Positions 14,901 to 27,685 of a stretch of DNA of 64,000 bases are shown here, in pieces. Both the position numbers and the translations under genes were made by a program. Source of the stretch: Nageia nagi (taxonomy: Eukaryota; Plantae; Pinophyta); NCBI GenBank assembly GCA_050084985.1, contig JBITNC010000001.1:160456001-160520000 (forward strand), read 5' to 3'. Each line of letters begins with the position of its first letter. Positions within the stretch are counted from its first letter, which is position 1. Below the pieces are notes generated by a model, which was not told where the DNA came from, did not search any database, and saw only the letters and a program-made list of their open reading frames with translations.

Positions 14901-15772
14901 CTCAAAAACCAAAGGGATTCATTGGTTCAATAAGTACTTCAAATTGCATGACTTATTATTTCATTAATAGATATAGATGTAAAGAACATCAAAAACAAAC
15001 AAGCAATGGCTAAAATAAATGTTGCTAACAACATGCAAATTACCAATGATATAAAATATACCATTATAAAGGAACCTATTTTTGTATCTATATCTACCAA
15101 ATGCATATGGATTGCCAAACCATCCTAGGTACGCAAATTTATTGATTAAAGTTAAAAATTTTCAAATTGTAGTGTATAATAGGTAGGTTATTTTCTTGGA
15201 GGTAAATAGGTATGGTTCATGGTCATATGGGATTGTTCATTCTTTTATTGGTTTTCTAGGAAAGTTATGAAAAACTCCCTCATATATTTTTCCTCCTAGA
15301 TCATTAAAATTCACACCATTGATGATATTCAACCTATTTGTACACCACCAATAGCATGCATTTCCAAAACTAGAATAAAAATAAATAGTATATTATTTAT
15401 CCTAAAAGCCTATTGAAGTGTTATAATTGCTAGATACCAAGTTTTAGGAGTGCTAAAACTAAAAAAGCTCATTTGTATTCACTAGTGCAATATTGGCATT
15501 TTTTTTCATTTGAAGTTAACCTCTAATTTTATATATTTTTTATACATTGTTATGGATAGATTTGATGAATAGGTGAATTCAATTCATTATTTTCATTGTT
15601 CATTTACCAAATGTGAGTTACATGACATGAATGATTTATTGTTAGCATATTTGAAACTTGTGCTTCAATGTTCAATTTACAAATTATAAAAGTATAAATT
15701 TTAAATAATTAGACCATTAATCTATAACACAAAATATAAACTTAAATGTGTTCAAATCCAAGATTGTAAATA

Positions 15773-15874
<102 letters not shown>

Positions 15875-15899
15875 GGATGGATCCATGTCTCATGGTATA

Positions 15900-17740
15900 A
15901 TCTAGTGGCATGCACTGCTGCCACTACTCCCAACATCATCAAATCTAGGCCTCCTTTTGCTACCACCACTTTGTCCAGAAATGGACGTTCCACCTAATAC
16001 CATCCTAGAGCTAATACCATGAGATGCCATTATTGCCTTGGGCCTCTCATATTTACCCCTAAGTGTTAAAATATCATTTTGCTTCTCCTTTATCTTCTCT
16101 ATTAAGCTCTTGATGAAGGCCCATTGCTCATTAGGTGGGAGCATGTCTACTCTTTCCTACAACCTCTTTAGGGACTAATCCATAGAGGCTATTTGTGTAT
16201 CCCTAGCTAATAGTGTAACCTACAAAGTGGCTACCTATACTTAAAAAGGCTTAAGCCTTGGAATCTCAGTCTCTAAGGCTATAATCTATGCAACACTCTC
16301 TATTGTAAAGAATAAACTATCAAATATTAATCTCTAAACCTAGTAAACCCATAACCAAAAAAATTGATAAGCATACATGTATGTTACTTGCTACCAATAA
16401 TGGCACAACATCTTCCAATGCTAACAATCCAAGAGCTCATCCAAGTGCTAGTGTAGCTAGCAGTACTTGAATAGGAATGTCATGCATGGGACTATCCACC
16501 TAATTAGGATCCTCATTTAAAGACCCCTTAGATGTAGCTTCTATCTCCTCCTCTTCATCATCATCCATTACTAAAGGGGTTGGATGCAATGTTCCCCACC
16601 ATGATATGAACCCTATTGTAGTGTCGTGTACCATGGATTTCTTTGTAGGTACATCTATAGTTCTGGGATCCTCCCAAGTAATCACCCACCCTGGTATAAT
16701 CCAAACTCATGGTAAAGCATCTCTCTCTATCTTGTATCTCAAATAACATATACAGGCAAGTGGAATCCCTTGTTGGATCCCAAACTGGCATAGTACCCAC
16801 TAGTAAAAGTAAGGCTCCACCAACTTCCTCTATTTTTGAAGGACATAAGGTTGCCTCACCTAGGCAAGCTAGTGGGCATCTTCATTCCATATAAAATCTG
16901 CATAAGATACCCAAACCACATCCTCAAGCTAGAGTTTGTCTATCTCCCTCTACCTCACCTCTGATATATGTGGATACCTATACCTACGTGCTTGGGAAAC
17001 CTAACAAGTCAAGGTAATTAATGAGGGATCATTTCTTGCCCTCTGTAATACCATAGGATGAATGATGATAATCTTATCATAGTCCCATATTTGAAGTAGG
17101 ATTGCATATGATATCATGATGTTGAACTTTTCAACACTCATAAAATTATATAGATCCTTGTAGAGCTAGGCCAAAACCAAGGGTACCCAAGCAAATTGAG
17201 TGCCCCATGCATAAATCTTTTGCACAACCGAAACTAAGCTAAGTGGAAATGAAGAGCTACTTTTATTTGGGCACATATAAGTAGCAATAATGGTGGTAAT
17301 ATAAATCCTCAAGTATTGTCTAATGGAGGCAAATTTGTATGCCTCAGTAAGGTGAGCAACTTGGTGCTCCCAATTGTGATCTTCCTTTCTTATTAGCCAT
17401 AATGCAAGTTGTTGCCTTTTGTTGTTGTAGTAAATTTTGGATTGATGAACAAGCCAATCCTGAATGGGAATTACCCAAATCTTGTAAACATATAATAATG
17501 TCACACTCATTTCACTTGGGGATAAGTGAAATGAATTAGTATCTTGGTCCCATCTCTCGACTAGGGCTATGAGAAGTGGGAGTTGTTGTAGAATATATCC
17601 AATGATAGATAAATCATTTAAGCCAAAATGGATGAGGATGTCAACCTCATGGTTTTTTCTTTGCCATCCCCTTGCCTTTTCCATAGATATTTTGGACATG
17701 GGTCCACCCTAAATAAGAATTTTATGATCCTGTAATGAAA
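15900..17740 (-). pseudogene. Plant mobile domain (PMD) protein, antisense accessory ORF of the Gypsy element
   Basis: LLIALVERWDQDTNSFHLSPSEMSVTLLYVYKIWVIPI; FAWVPLVLA*LYKDL; LLQIWDYD; acidic and coiled-coil C-terminal fragments at 15902-16685. Confidence 0.8.
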
Positions 17741-20189
17741 CAATAATAAAATTCATATCAATAATTAAATAAATTTATCTTAAAATGGTAAAAATAATAA
17801 ATTTTAGGCAAAATTTAGGTAATAAAATGGCCTTACTTGGAGTATAGCTATAAATTAAAATTGACCAATAAATTGAAAGTACATAAATCTTAGGGTTTTG
17901 TATGGGTGGCATCTAGTATACAATTATTACAAAAGGAAATTGAATTAAATTAAAGAAAAACCTACCTCATGCATAAAAAAAAAACTCTTGAGATAATTTT
18001 CCATGTACCCTCTCCTCCTAGATAAGGGTATCTCAACTAATCACCAACCTTATTCTATCATGATGGTTGGAAGATAATGCCTAGGTCAAAAGGGGTGAGA
18101 TGAATGGTAGTAAGAGAGGGAAACTCACACGGTTGGATGGGTAGAAATATCAACAAATTAGACAAGGAAGTGAAGTGCAACATGGCTTTGACATTGAAAA
18201 GGCAACAAGATGAGAATGAAAAATTCAACCCCCAATTCACCCTTTTGTTTAAAATTTCAACCAAACCCTAACTAATAAACTTCTTTTCAAAAATCAAAAC
18301 CTATGTTCATAAAATACTACCTCATGTGTGGAAACTGCAAAGAAATATTTTAATTGCCAAATGTGCCTTTTTCAAAAACCAATTTTACCATATTCATGTA
18401 GCCAACAACTTGTAAAAATTCAAATTGAGGTTCAATCTGATGTATGCTAGTTAAAAACTATAAAAATGGTGAGTTTTAATGTTTACAATATGCATAAGTG
18501 GCCAAATTGATGATGTTCTATTTTTGCTATTTATTAATACTAAAGAGATGCTGCTGGCAACATGATTTTTAAAAATTAGACCATGATTCAAATGCTATAT
18601 TTCAATTTTGAATTTGTTAGATCCACATGGATGTATAAATTAGGATATACTTGATGCATACATATAGATTTTAATTTAGCAAAATCTAATTGGATTAAAT
18701 GAAAATGGTAAATTTTGATTTTTGAATTTATGCATGATATTGATATTCTTAATACTTGAATAATTATGTTTTAATGCCAATTGAGTACATTGCTTTTCAT
18801 AAAATTCAATTCAATCATTTTCACATATTAGCGACATGAAATATGTAAAATTGTGGGTTCTATCAAATTTGGATTATATTTTATTAGTACTAATAGATTA
18901 AAATAATTGCTATCATGGTTATAAGATTGTCAATGGGTGAAATGCACATAAGGTTCAACTTAGCCAAGTTATTGTTCACTTGCAAAATATTATGCCATAT
19001 GGAAATGTTAGTTCATGATTTTATGGGGAAAAATGTCATTTCTTGCATTCAATTGAATATCATTAACATTTGCAGATTTGATATGACTATTTCCATGATG
19101 CTAATGGCATGTGTTTATTATGAATTCATTGAAAATGATGTATACTATAATTTATTGAATACTTGAATGAAAATACAATTATTTCAAAAATATGCATTTA
19201 TATGGAAATAATGAATAAAATTGTAAAAGACATGATTATTAAATTCTATAAAAATCACACAGTCAATGGCATATGTTTCCTTTGAAAATCAATAAAATCA
19301 AGGAATTCAATGTGATCAAACATGCAATACTAATATGCAAGGCTAATGAATATTTAACTATTTGGTATTTTCATGGGAATCATATGATTTTATCCAATGT
19401 TATGGTAATAAATATTTTCAAGGCCATGGTTACTCCATGAGCAAACTCTCTTATCAATTACATGTTATTCTAAGATTGATTCATTAAAAAGGTTCTTATC
19501 ATTTTGATAATCATGGTTGTTCCAAGATTGGGATATTAAAAAGGACCTCATCATCTTTATCTTCAGAGACTATGAGTTGCAATCATAGTAGTCTATATGT
19601 CATGGTTAAATAGAACTATGAATCACATTATCTATAGTGATACAATGGATATCAAATTTATTTCATCCTTTCTCTTTAAATTGATTATTCTTTAATGGAA
19701 TATGATCTATGTAGGCATTATGTTGATTTGTTCTTAAAAAGGTATTGTTCAAGAGAGTAGGATTCGTATAGAGATGCTCTCCTCATACATGGAATTTATT
19801 TTTTTGCTTGATTCCCTAAAAAAACATGAGAAAGGGTAAATGTAAGACCAAAAGGGGGTCAATAATATATCATACTCAACATATCGATTGAAAAAGGAAA
19901 ATCCATTTTACTATAGAAAATTTTCTTTTCTTCAGTGTTATGCATATCAAATGATGGTGAAATAAAAATTTTCAAAATATGGTGAATTGTATTTGAAATC
20001 ATGTCAAAAGTGTATGAAAATCATTTATAGTAAGTAGCAAAATAAATATTTAAAAAAAATTGTAAAAAATTGATGATATTATATTGATATTTACTTTATT
20101 ATGGGCATCTAAATGTAACTAAAGACTACCAGCTAATAATACATTCAAAAATTGTAAAGTAATTAAATATGATCATCTCAACAAGTTAG

Positions 20190-20882
20190 GATATATCATT
20201 GGATAGAGCTCGAAAAAAATTTTAAAATGTGTGGCCACACAACCCCTTGTGAGCAAGTAATGAGTCATTTAAGGCTAAAAATGTAGACAATCATTTGTAG
20301 TAAAATACAAACAATCATCTGTAGTAAAATGCAAATGATCATTTGTAGTAAAACGTAGATGGTCATCTATAGTAAAATGTAGATAATCATCTCAATTTTG
20401 CTATAGACAATTATCAACATGTTTTTAACATTGATGACTCATTACTTGCTCAAAAGGGGTCATGTGACCACTCATTTTAAAGGTCTTTTTGAGATCTACC
20501 TAATGTTATATATTTTACCATTTATGACTCATTACATGCTTAAAAGGGGTCATGTGTCCACTCATTTTAAAGGTCTTTTCGAGCTCTATCCAATGGTATA
20601 TCATTTGCATGGATATGAGACCTATAAAAAATGTTATGGTGTATAGAAATTGATAAAAAAAATAATTATTAGTTTCTAAAGCTTATAAATTTTTTTACAA
20701 GTCTCATATCCATGCAAATGATATACCATTGGACAAAGCTCAAAAATACTTTTAAAATGAGTGGTCACATGACCTCTTTTGAGAAAATAATGAGTCATCA
20801 AAGGCAAAAAATGCTAATGATCATCTGTAGTAAAATGGAGATAATCATTTACATTTTACTATAGATGATTGTCTACATTTTA
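20190..20882. mobile_element. Foldback-like nested inverted-repeat element with 24-bp internal subrepeats
   Basis: A ~85-bp module is forward at 20190-20275 and 20720-20800 and reversed at 20433-20512 and 20523-20603; palindrome centre ~20660; 24-bp repeats at 20281-20392. Confidence 0.8.
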
Positions 20883-21289
20883 CACATACCAATCAACTAA
20901 ATTCTTTATCAATCAACTAAATATTATTAGTTGTGTACACATATTAAGATAATAGTATTAATAGAATATAGAAATACTAACCATTGCATTTGCATGTATC
21001 CTTCCATCTATGTATTCTTAGGTTTGGTTCCTTCTCACTCTTTGCAAAGCCAAAGAATTGCAAAATATTATTTTTGATATGAACACCCTAATACACATCA
21101 AAAATTAAACTCATGAGAGACATAATCATGTAAAAAGAACCATTGTAGAAAATCACATTATGCTTGTGATAAAGATCTACATTGTTTAGCATAAAAAAAC
21201 AACAAAGTATATAAGGAAGAATTTCACACCATAATCTCACTTTTCTAGTTTTGTATGCAGGCCAAGTTTTAATTAATACAAAGAGACAT

Positions 21290-21640
21290 TTGACATCATA
21301 ATATCATGGAATGCAATGATCCCAAGATATGTACAACATCATTTTTTTGAAAAGGCTCAACAAAATTTTATGCACATGTAATACAAAAGGCCTGAGAATT
21401 GTTTAACAAGATGCATGCTAAGATAACTACAAGTAATTTTTATTGAATTATTCTTGGGATGAATAATTATGAATACCTTATTAACCTTCTTAGTCATGGA
21501 ATCTATCTTAATTAAGCTTTGAAATTCATTATCAAGATCCTTATAAGACTTGATTTAGGTGTGTGGATGTGTTTTCTTGGTCCTTGTAGATCACATAAGA
21601 ATGTAGGAATAGGGGAATTTGGATGTGTTTTCTTGGTCCT
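21290..21640 (+). pseudogene. Decayed PPR P/E motif fragments
   Basis: DIIISWNAMIPRYVQHHFFEKA; VWMCFLGPCRSHKNVGIGEF. Confidence 0.7.
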
Positions 21641-22009
21641 TATCAAGTCTAAAAAATGCTTCATCTTTAGTTCTTCTTTCAAATGTTTATGGTGAATTAT
21701 ATAGGCAATTAGAATGATGTTCAAAAGTCATAGTATTGAACTATTTTCCAGGAACCCTATACAATTGTAGACACTAAGGAACTAAAGGAGGTGCAAGAAT
21801 TGTAAAAATGAAAAAATAAATACTTGAAGGAAATATAAAATACTTGATGAATAATAAATGTCAAAGAAGGGATTACAAGTAACTTCATACTTTGGTATGA
21901 AGAAGGTAGAGAAACTCTCAATTATACTTTTCTATTACCTTTATCATTTTTTGTAATCATTTTATTTACAATCATTTTATTATCTTGTTTCTATTTTTGT
22001 ATCGACCAT

Positions 22010-22745
22010 TGTCCAAATTTGAAGTTGATAAAGGATACATGCATTTCTTGTAAGAGATTGATTGCACCTATATATAGAGGAAATCTATGAAAGATTGGAG
22101 AAATTATCAAGTGAGACAAAGGTAGTCTTTAAATGTTGATTTAAATTTTGCAAAATACATATATAATAAGCACATATAATTTTCAAATATACATCTAAAC
22201 TCTATAACCTTTACAAACATTCTTATTGAACATGGTATAAACATCCATACAAATAATTGTTGAAGTGATTTTTATTGCATTATTCCTTGGATAAATTATA
22301 ATTCAAATATTTAATTGAATTAGGTAGTTGGGATAATATTCAAAGATAAATGACATTAATGAAATATAAAGGAATTAAGAAGACACCTAGATGTAGTTTG
22401 ATTGAAGTTTACAGAAGGGTACTTTTTTTCTTATATGAGACAGATCACATCTATAAACATAGGGTATGTTACAAATATAATACATGTGTTATTAAATATG
22501 GAAGCTAAAATAAATAATTACTTCTCTGCCAACATTGTAAAAAGGTACCATTTGCATTCATGTTGTTAAAGACTTCCCCTTTAACCATTATTAGAGTTGT
22601 GAAGAGTACTTTACTATGCGATGATGATTGTCATACCATAACCAAGTTTTTTAGAATATATTTGTAAGGGACATTATTGTGATGCATGCAAAGTGAAGAC
22701 ATCAGTTCAATCATGGAGAATGTTCTTATTGATATTATTCATGAT
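22010..22745 (+). pseudogene. Decayed E+/DYW deaminase domain through its C-terminus
   Basis: GIKKTPRCSLIEVYRRV..DRSH; LLLCQHCKKVPFAFMLLKTSPLTIIRVVKSTLLCDDDCHTITKF..RDIIVMHAK*RHQFNHGECSY*YYS*, matching HSEKLA..IRVVKNLRVCGDCH..HHFKDG.CSCGDYW. Confidence 0.85.
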
Positions 22746-22834
22746 ACAAAGTAATGCAAGATCTAAATAATCTTATATAAATAGAAAATATTATTGATTA
22801 TCAAGATCATTTCATGTAGTGAATGTAACTGCAT

Positions 22835-23060
22835 GGTTTCAAAATGTTAGGATTATGGGTAAATTATTCTTAGTCAAAATGCAAGGTTTCAAAATGTTAG
22901 GATTATGGGTAAATTATTCTTAGTCAAAATGCAAGGTTTCAAAATGCTAGGGTTTAGACTTAATATTTTTCAAAATGCTAGCATTTTGAGTAAATATTTT
23001 CTAGTTGATAACAGGGTTTTGAAATGCAAGGGTTTTGACTTGAATATTTTTTGAAATATT
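22835..23060 (+). repeat. 50-bp tandem repeat (two identical copies, then degenerate related units)
   Basis: GGTTTCAAAATGTTAGGATTATGGGTAAATTATTCTTAGTCAAAATGCAA at 22835 and 22885; partial copy at 22935. Confidence 0.9.
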
Positions 23061-23336
23061 AAGTTTTAAATAAATAAAACCTAATCGATAAGTAGCCTTT
23101 CGATATGTAGAGTAACAACATTAAAACTACTAAAAATTATTCTCTAAATTTGATTATTTAAATTCATTAGTGATAGAAGTGAAAATTTTAATCTATAAAC
23201 TATTTGAAATGCTAAAAGAAAGAGTAATTAATTTCATGGAATGCAAATATCGACTAGAGAAGTAAAATACCTAGTGTTCTAGATGATCATTCATCCTCTC
23301 ATGTTCTAAATGATAATTTTTTTGTTATATTTATAA

Positions 23337-23917
23337 TAAATGCTAGGCATTTAATCAAACCCTAAGTACCTAACAAGTCTAAAATAAAAACTTATCACAA
23401 TCACTTAAGGAGAGAGAAAAAATATGATAAATGCCTGGTGTTTACTACTAATTAAACATCAAGTGTTTAACAAAGATAATTATGTGCATGTGTGGGATAA
23501 TTTGAAATCTCGATAGGAGCATGAAGTAAATGCCTAATGTTTATTACACACAAAATAAATGTGGTAAACTCTTGTCATTTATTAAACCTAGAGTAGTAAA
23601 TGCCATCTAGAAATCTTGATGGGAGAGAAATTATGGTAAATGCTTAGCATTTACATGCATGGAACCAAGTTATTTAATGTGCATGTGCAATATTTTTGAA
23701 ATCTTGATGGGAGAGAAAATCTGGTAAATGCCATGTGTTTAACATGGAAACATGCTTAACATTTACAACAACTATAAACACCATTCAATTACTTATAAGA
23801 AATAAGCTTGACATTTACACTAAAGAACACACCTAGCATTTACTACCCAAAAAACATGCTAGGTGGTTAAAATTAGAAAACGTCTGACATTTAAATCAAG
23901 AATAATGCTTGGTGTTT
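23337..23917. repeat. Array of decayed TAAACGCCWGGCGTTTA palindromes
   Basis: taaatgctaggcattta 23337, taaatgcctggtgttta 23428, taaacatcaagtgttta 23453, taaatgcttagcattta 23637, taaatgccatgtgttta 23724. Confidence 0.75.
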
Positions 23918-24222
23918 ACACACCCATTAGTGCTAGAAAAGGGTGGACCCCACCATTGGGGCACATGTGATTATCCTTTAGTCTGACGGTGTTAGGGGTA
24001 CAGGCAACGATTTTGTGGTAGTATAGAAAAGTCCTACTATCGTGTGGATGAGGAAATGTTGCATATCTTATAATCATAATGGTTCCATAAATTTGATTTT
24101 GCATCATGAATCATAGAAAACCCTCAGTATATACTTCAATTTGTTAAAGAAGCATCTATGATGGATGTAATGTTGAAATTTGATTTGAATTTTTTTATGG
24201 TAATTTATTTTTCCAAACATCA

Positions 24223-24346
24223 TGTATGTTTGATCACAGGCCAAAAAAATGGATTCAGTAATTAATCATTTAGTTCAATTCAAAAGTCAATCAGTAATTC
24301 TGTAATTATGTAGTAAAAAATGGTAATTATACAGTCCAAACAAACA
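24223..24346. mobile_element. Possible small Tourist-like MITE
   Basis: Termini TGTATGTTTGAT...GTCCAAACAAACA; internal GTAATT repeats. Confidence 0.3.
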
Positions 24347-24638
24347 AAATAAATTAAATTAAGTGGAAATAATTTTATTTAGTCTTCTTACTGTGGAACT
24401 AACTACAAATAAATTCTTTCAATGTATAAATTTTTGACTTTAATTGTTGCCTCTCAATAAACCTCCCAAAAATCAATTCAATAAAAAATAGAAAAAAATA
24501 GAGAATATGTTGTATATGTGATTTTTTACCACATTTTCTACTAATAATCAAATTTGTCAATGCAGAGATTAATTGTAAATTTTTTTGCTTAATCGTTGCA
24601 TTTTCAAACTATGTTGTTGAATATTTTTTATAACCATC

Positions 24639-24669
<31 letters not shown>

Positions 24670-25827
24670 TTATAAAGATTTAGTAATGCAACTTGCATTA
24701 CTTATAGTTGTACCTTACCAACGACCAATTGGGTGACTTGTAAAATTAAGAACATTTAGTTTCATGTCGTCTACCAGTAGAAGAAGCCATTTAAAATTGA
24801 AGATAGTAACATAGGAACAATGTTTTTGTGAATCCAACAATGGGAAATAGAAGTTTGAAACTACTATAAAATTTTGTGACTTAGAGCTGGTGTTTTGCTA
24901 TGCACTGAGCGGACAAATTGATTTCGATAAAAAATGGCATCTATTGCTACCAAATCCTTATTTTTGAGAGCCTTTCTACAGTCCCTCGACCACATTAAAC
25001 TCTTATTTTAGTTCCTTGGTGTATTATTATTTTGATTATTCATTCCTTTATCGCTATTCTTCTTCTTTCAAAATTTACAAATAGCTTTACGAAGGTTTCT
25101 GATGGAATGATATACCATTTCGAGAACAACCACGCAGTTCCCTCATATGCCATATGCTTAATCGTGGCTTCCTTTTTCTCCCAAATGGTTAGTATGTCAT
25201 TATCCGCATCAATTAATATATCCATAATCTAAAAATTCCGTAGAAGTCTCTATTCCCTTTGCAGGTCTATATGTTACAAAAATACCTTTAGTTTTTTTTT
25301 TTTTTTTTTTCACCAAGAGAAAAATGTGGTTGTGTCTTAAGGTTTTACTATTGTTTTTGTATTGGATGTGGAAATTGTTGTCATTTCTTTTGTTTTCTGA
25401 TGTTTTAAATTTTTTTTATTTTTTGAATATTTTGGTATTTAATGTTGAAGATCTTTTTAGGATTTTCTAAGTTGAATGCTTATATTATTTAAGATATTTT
25501 ATTTTCCTTTTGAAACTTTACGATACTTTTTTGATAAATGAGTATTTTTATTCTAAGAATAATTGATAGTTCATTAAAATGAATTGAATGTGATTTTTTA
25601 ATTTTATTTCATGTATTAAAATATTAAAATTTTGTTTTTATATTTATATTTTTAAAAATTATTTAAATTTTTATAATTTTAATATTAATTTTTTTATTTA
25701 ATTATAATAAAATTATTTTTATAATATATTTAATTTTTTAATATTTAAAATTTTTGGTTTGAAAGGCGTTAAAAAAAAATTCAAACGTGTTTTGAACGGT
25801 TTTAGAATTTTGAAACCGTATAGAAAA

Positions 25828-26075
25828 TTGACCTAGACGGGGAGGGGTAAACGTCAAATTTCAACCTGAGATCTTGGGTTTAAAATCTATTAGTTTAATG
25901 AGCATATCATAGCGTCGGTGATGAGATCCATTTAAATGGATTTAATTTTGTGGATCTTTGAGGGCGTAAATATTAAAAGCAGATGGACCCACCAGTGCAC
26001 TTGGCTTTACTCCGATCTTACACGAGGAGAACCCTTTGTGATCACGTCATCAGGTCTTCAAAGCTGAATTATAAG
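25828..26075 (+). promoter_or_regulatory. Putative SABATH proximal promoter: W-box, TGACG/ACGT elements, TATA-like box
   Basis: TTGACC 25828-25833; ACGTCAA 25851-25857 (TTGACGT on the - strand); CACGTCA 26043-26049 (TGACGTG on -); TATAA 26070-26074, ~115 bp upstream of the ATG. Confidence 0.4.
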
Positions 26076-26185
26076 CATTCAGTTCAGTCCAGTCCTTTCT
26101 TCCCTCAAGAAGCGGCCAAGTTTCATATTAATAGTTATAAGATCTAACCACACTAAGGGTTGTATCAGTAGAGGACGCATCATTA

Positions 26186-26308
26186 ATGGAACCTGAAGTG
26201 AAATCTGACATTCAGTCTCGATCACAAAGTCGAGCAGTGGAGAAAGTGCTTGCCATGAAGGGTGGAAATAGAGATTCAAGTTATGCTTACAATTCTTCAT
26301 CAGTTCAG
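26186..26308 (+). CDS. SABATH methyltransferase exon 1
   Basis: ATG at 26186; MEPEVK...LAMKGGNRDSSYAYNSSSVQ; donor CAG|GTAAGT. Confidence 0.88.
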
Positions 26309-26427
26309 GTAAGTTGTTTTTTCACTTTTCTGCTACTCTATTCTGCTAGGACGTTGTTACTTACTAGCAACTAAAGCAGAACTATTTTGATCTTACAGTT
26401 AATATAAATATTTGGAATTATGTGTAG

Positions 26428-26847
26428 ATAATTATGGTCCGAGCTGTGAAGCCTATTCTGGAAATCTACGAGAATATGAAGTGTGAAATGTTGATGGAAG
26501 GAGTAATCCGGAGAGCAGATCTAGGCTGTGCAACTGGAATGAATACTTTTCTCGCGGCTGATAGCATCGTCACAACTATGCATTGCCATTTCCAAAAAAA
26601 CCACAAAGAGGAGCTCTTACTTCCGGAATTCCAGGTTAATTTCGTAGATCTTCCATCTAATGATTTCAATTCTCTATTTCACATGATGCCTCCACCACGG
26701 CCAGCAGAAGAGGCAGAGGATGTTGGCGCATTGGCAACAAGATCCTACTTTGCAGCGGCTGTGTGCGGATCACATTTTGGACGTCTTTTCCCCGAGCAAA
26801 CCCTTCATTTCTGCCATTCTTCTCTCAGTCTCCATTGGCTTTCTCAG
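26428..26847 (+). CDS. SABATH methyltransferase exon 2 (SAM-binding motifs)
   Basis: Acceptor TGTGTAG|; ADLGCATGMNT, DLPSNDFN, HWLSQ; donor CAG|GTGTGT. Confidence 0.9.
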
Positions 26848-26922
26848 GTGTGTATTAAACATTCTCAGTGTTCTATTTCCAAGGAAGGGATTGCAGTACC
26901 GATTTGATTATATTGGGTGCAG

Positions 26923-27205
26923 GTTCCTGAGAGTGTTGAAGATAGAAGCTCTTCCTGGTGGGCTGGTAAGCGGGTGTATGTATCTAGCGACTGCGAGGAG
27001 GCAGTGGGAGCTGCGTATCTCCATCAATTTGATAAAGATTTGTCAGCTTTCTTACGAGCCCGGGCGAACGAGATGGTTGATGGAGGATGTATGTTGTTTA
27101 TCTCTCGTGGGTCGTCATTCTGGTTCTCACATAATGAAAGAGCAAGGTACTTTGGGCGATATTGCTCGTCACATGGAATATGCGTTTGAGGATCTGGTGA
27201 ATGAG
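26923..27205 (+). CDS. SABATH methyltransferase exon 3 (+1 frameshift at ~27096)
   Basis: Acceptor TGCAG|GTT. VPESVED...GGCM is in one frame and LSLVGR...EYAFEDLVNE in the next; donor GAG|GTGAGT. Confidence 0.88.
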
Positions 27206-27328
27206 GTGAGTCCCTGTTACTAGATAACACCGATACGTTTTGCTTCATCGTTGAATTCAATCACCAAGATGGCTGCTTCACTGAAACTATGATAGCCAGT
27301 AATACATGCATATCCATGAGTTGTGCAG

Positions 27329-27685
27329 GGTGTTATCGATAAAGAGAAATGGGAGTCGTTCGACATGCCTTTCTTTAGTCCGAATCCAGAAGAATTGAAG
27401 AACATAGTGGAAAGGGAGAAGTCGTTTGAGATAGAGAGCGTGAGGGTATTGAGAGGGTTTCCATTGCATCCACAGAAAAAAAAGAACGAGGAGACATTTG
27501 GGAGAATTGGGGAAAACCATTACAGAGCTCTGTTTGAGAATATTGTGGGAGCTCACTTGCGGTCCCAGGATTTGACGAATGAATTTTTTAAAAGGATTGC
27601 CAAACGAGCAGCTGCAAAGTTGTCTGATTACATTGGGAATATAATAGACCTCGTCGTCGCCGTTATCGTACGCAAGGGAGCTTAA
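27329..27685 (+). CDS. SABATH methyltransferase exon 4
   Basis: Acceptor TGTGCAG|; GVIDKEKWESFDMPFFSP...SFEIE...VIVRKGA*. Confidence 0.9.
   Translation, partial: GVIDKEKWESFDMPFFSPNPEELKNIVEREKSFEIESVRVLRGFPLHPQKKKNEETFGRIGENHYRALFENIVGAHLRSQDLTNEFFKRIAKRAAAKLSDYIGNIIDLVVAVIVRKGA

Larger units (their letters stand above)
26186..27685 (+). pseudogene. SABATH-family SAM-dependent carboxyl methyltransferase (Methyltransf_7; SAMT/JMT/IAMT/GAMT family), 4 exons, frameshifted by 1 bp in exon 3 (pseudogene, null allele or sequencing error)
   Basis: Exons 26186-26308, 26428-26847, 26923-27205 and 27329-27685 all have GT..AG, phase-0 introns. Motifs: MKGG..SYAYNS..Q, ADLGCATGMNT, DLPSNDFNSLF, GSHFGRLFP, HSSLSLHWLSQVP, QFDKDLSAFLRARANEMVDGGCM, FDMPFFSP. 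Exon 3 is 283 nt (3n+1); removing G27096 gives a 393-aa protein. Confidence 0.93.

Noticed and set aside
24683-24703. Perfect 10-bp inverted repeat AGTAATGCAA-C-TTGCATTACT
   Set aside because: Isolated short palindrome in AT-rich DNA with no supporting context.
26466-27556. Minus-strand ORFs over the SABATH gene and the N-terminal part of ORF 26720-27223
   Set aside because: Shadow frames; only the part of 26720-27223 after the frameshift is real SABATH sequence.
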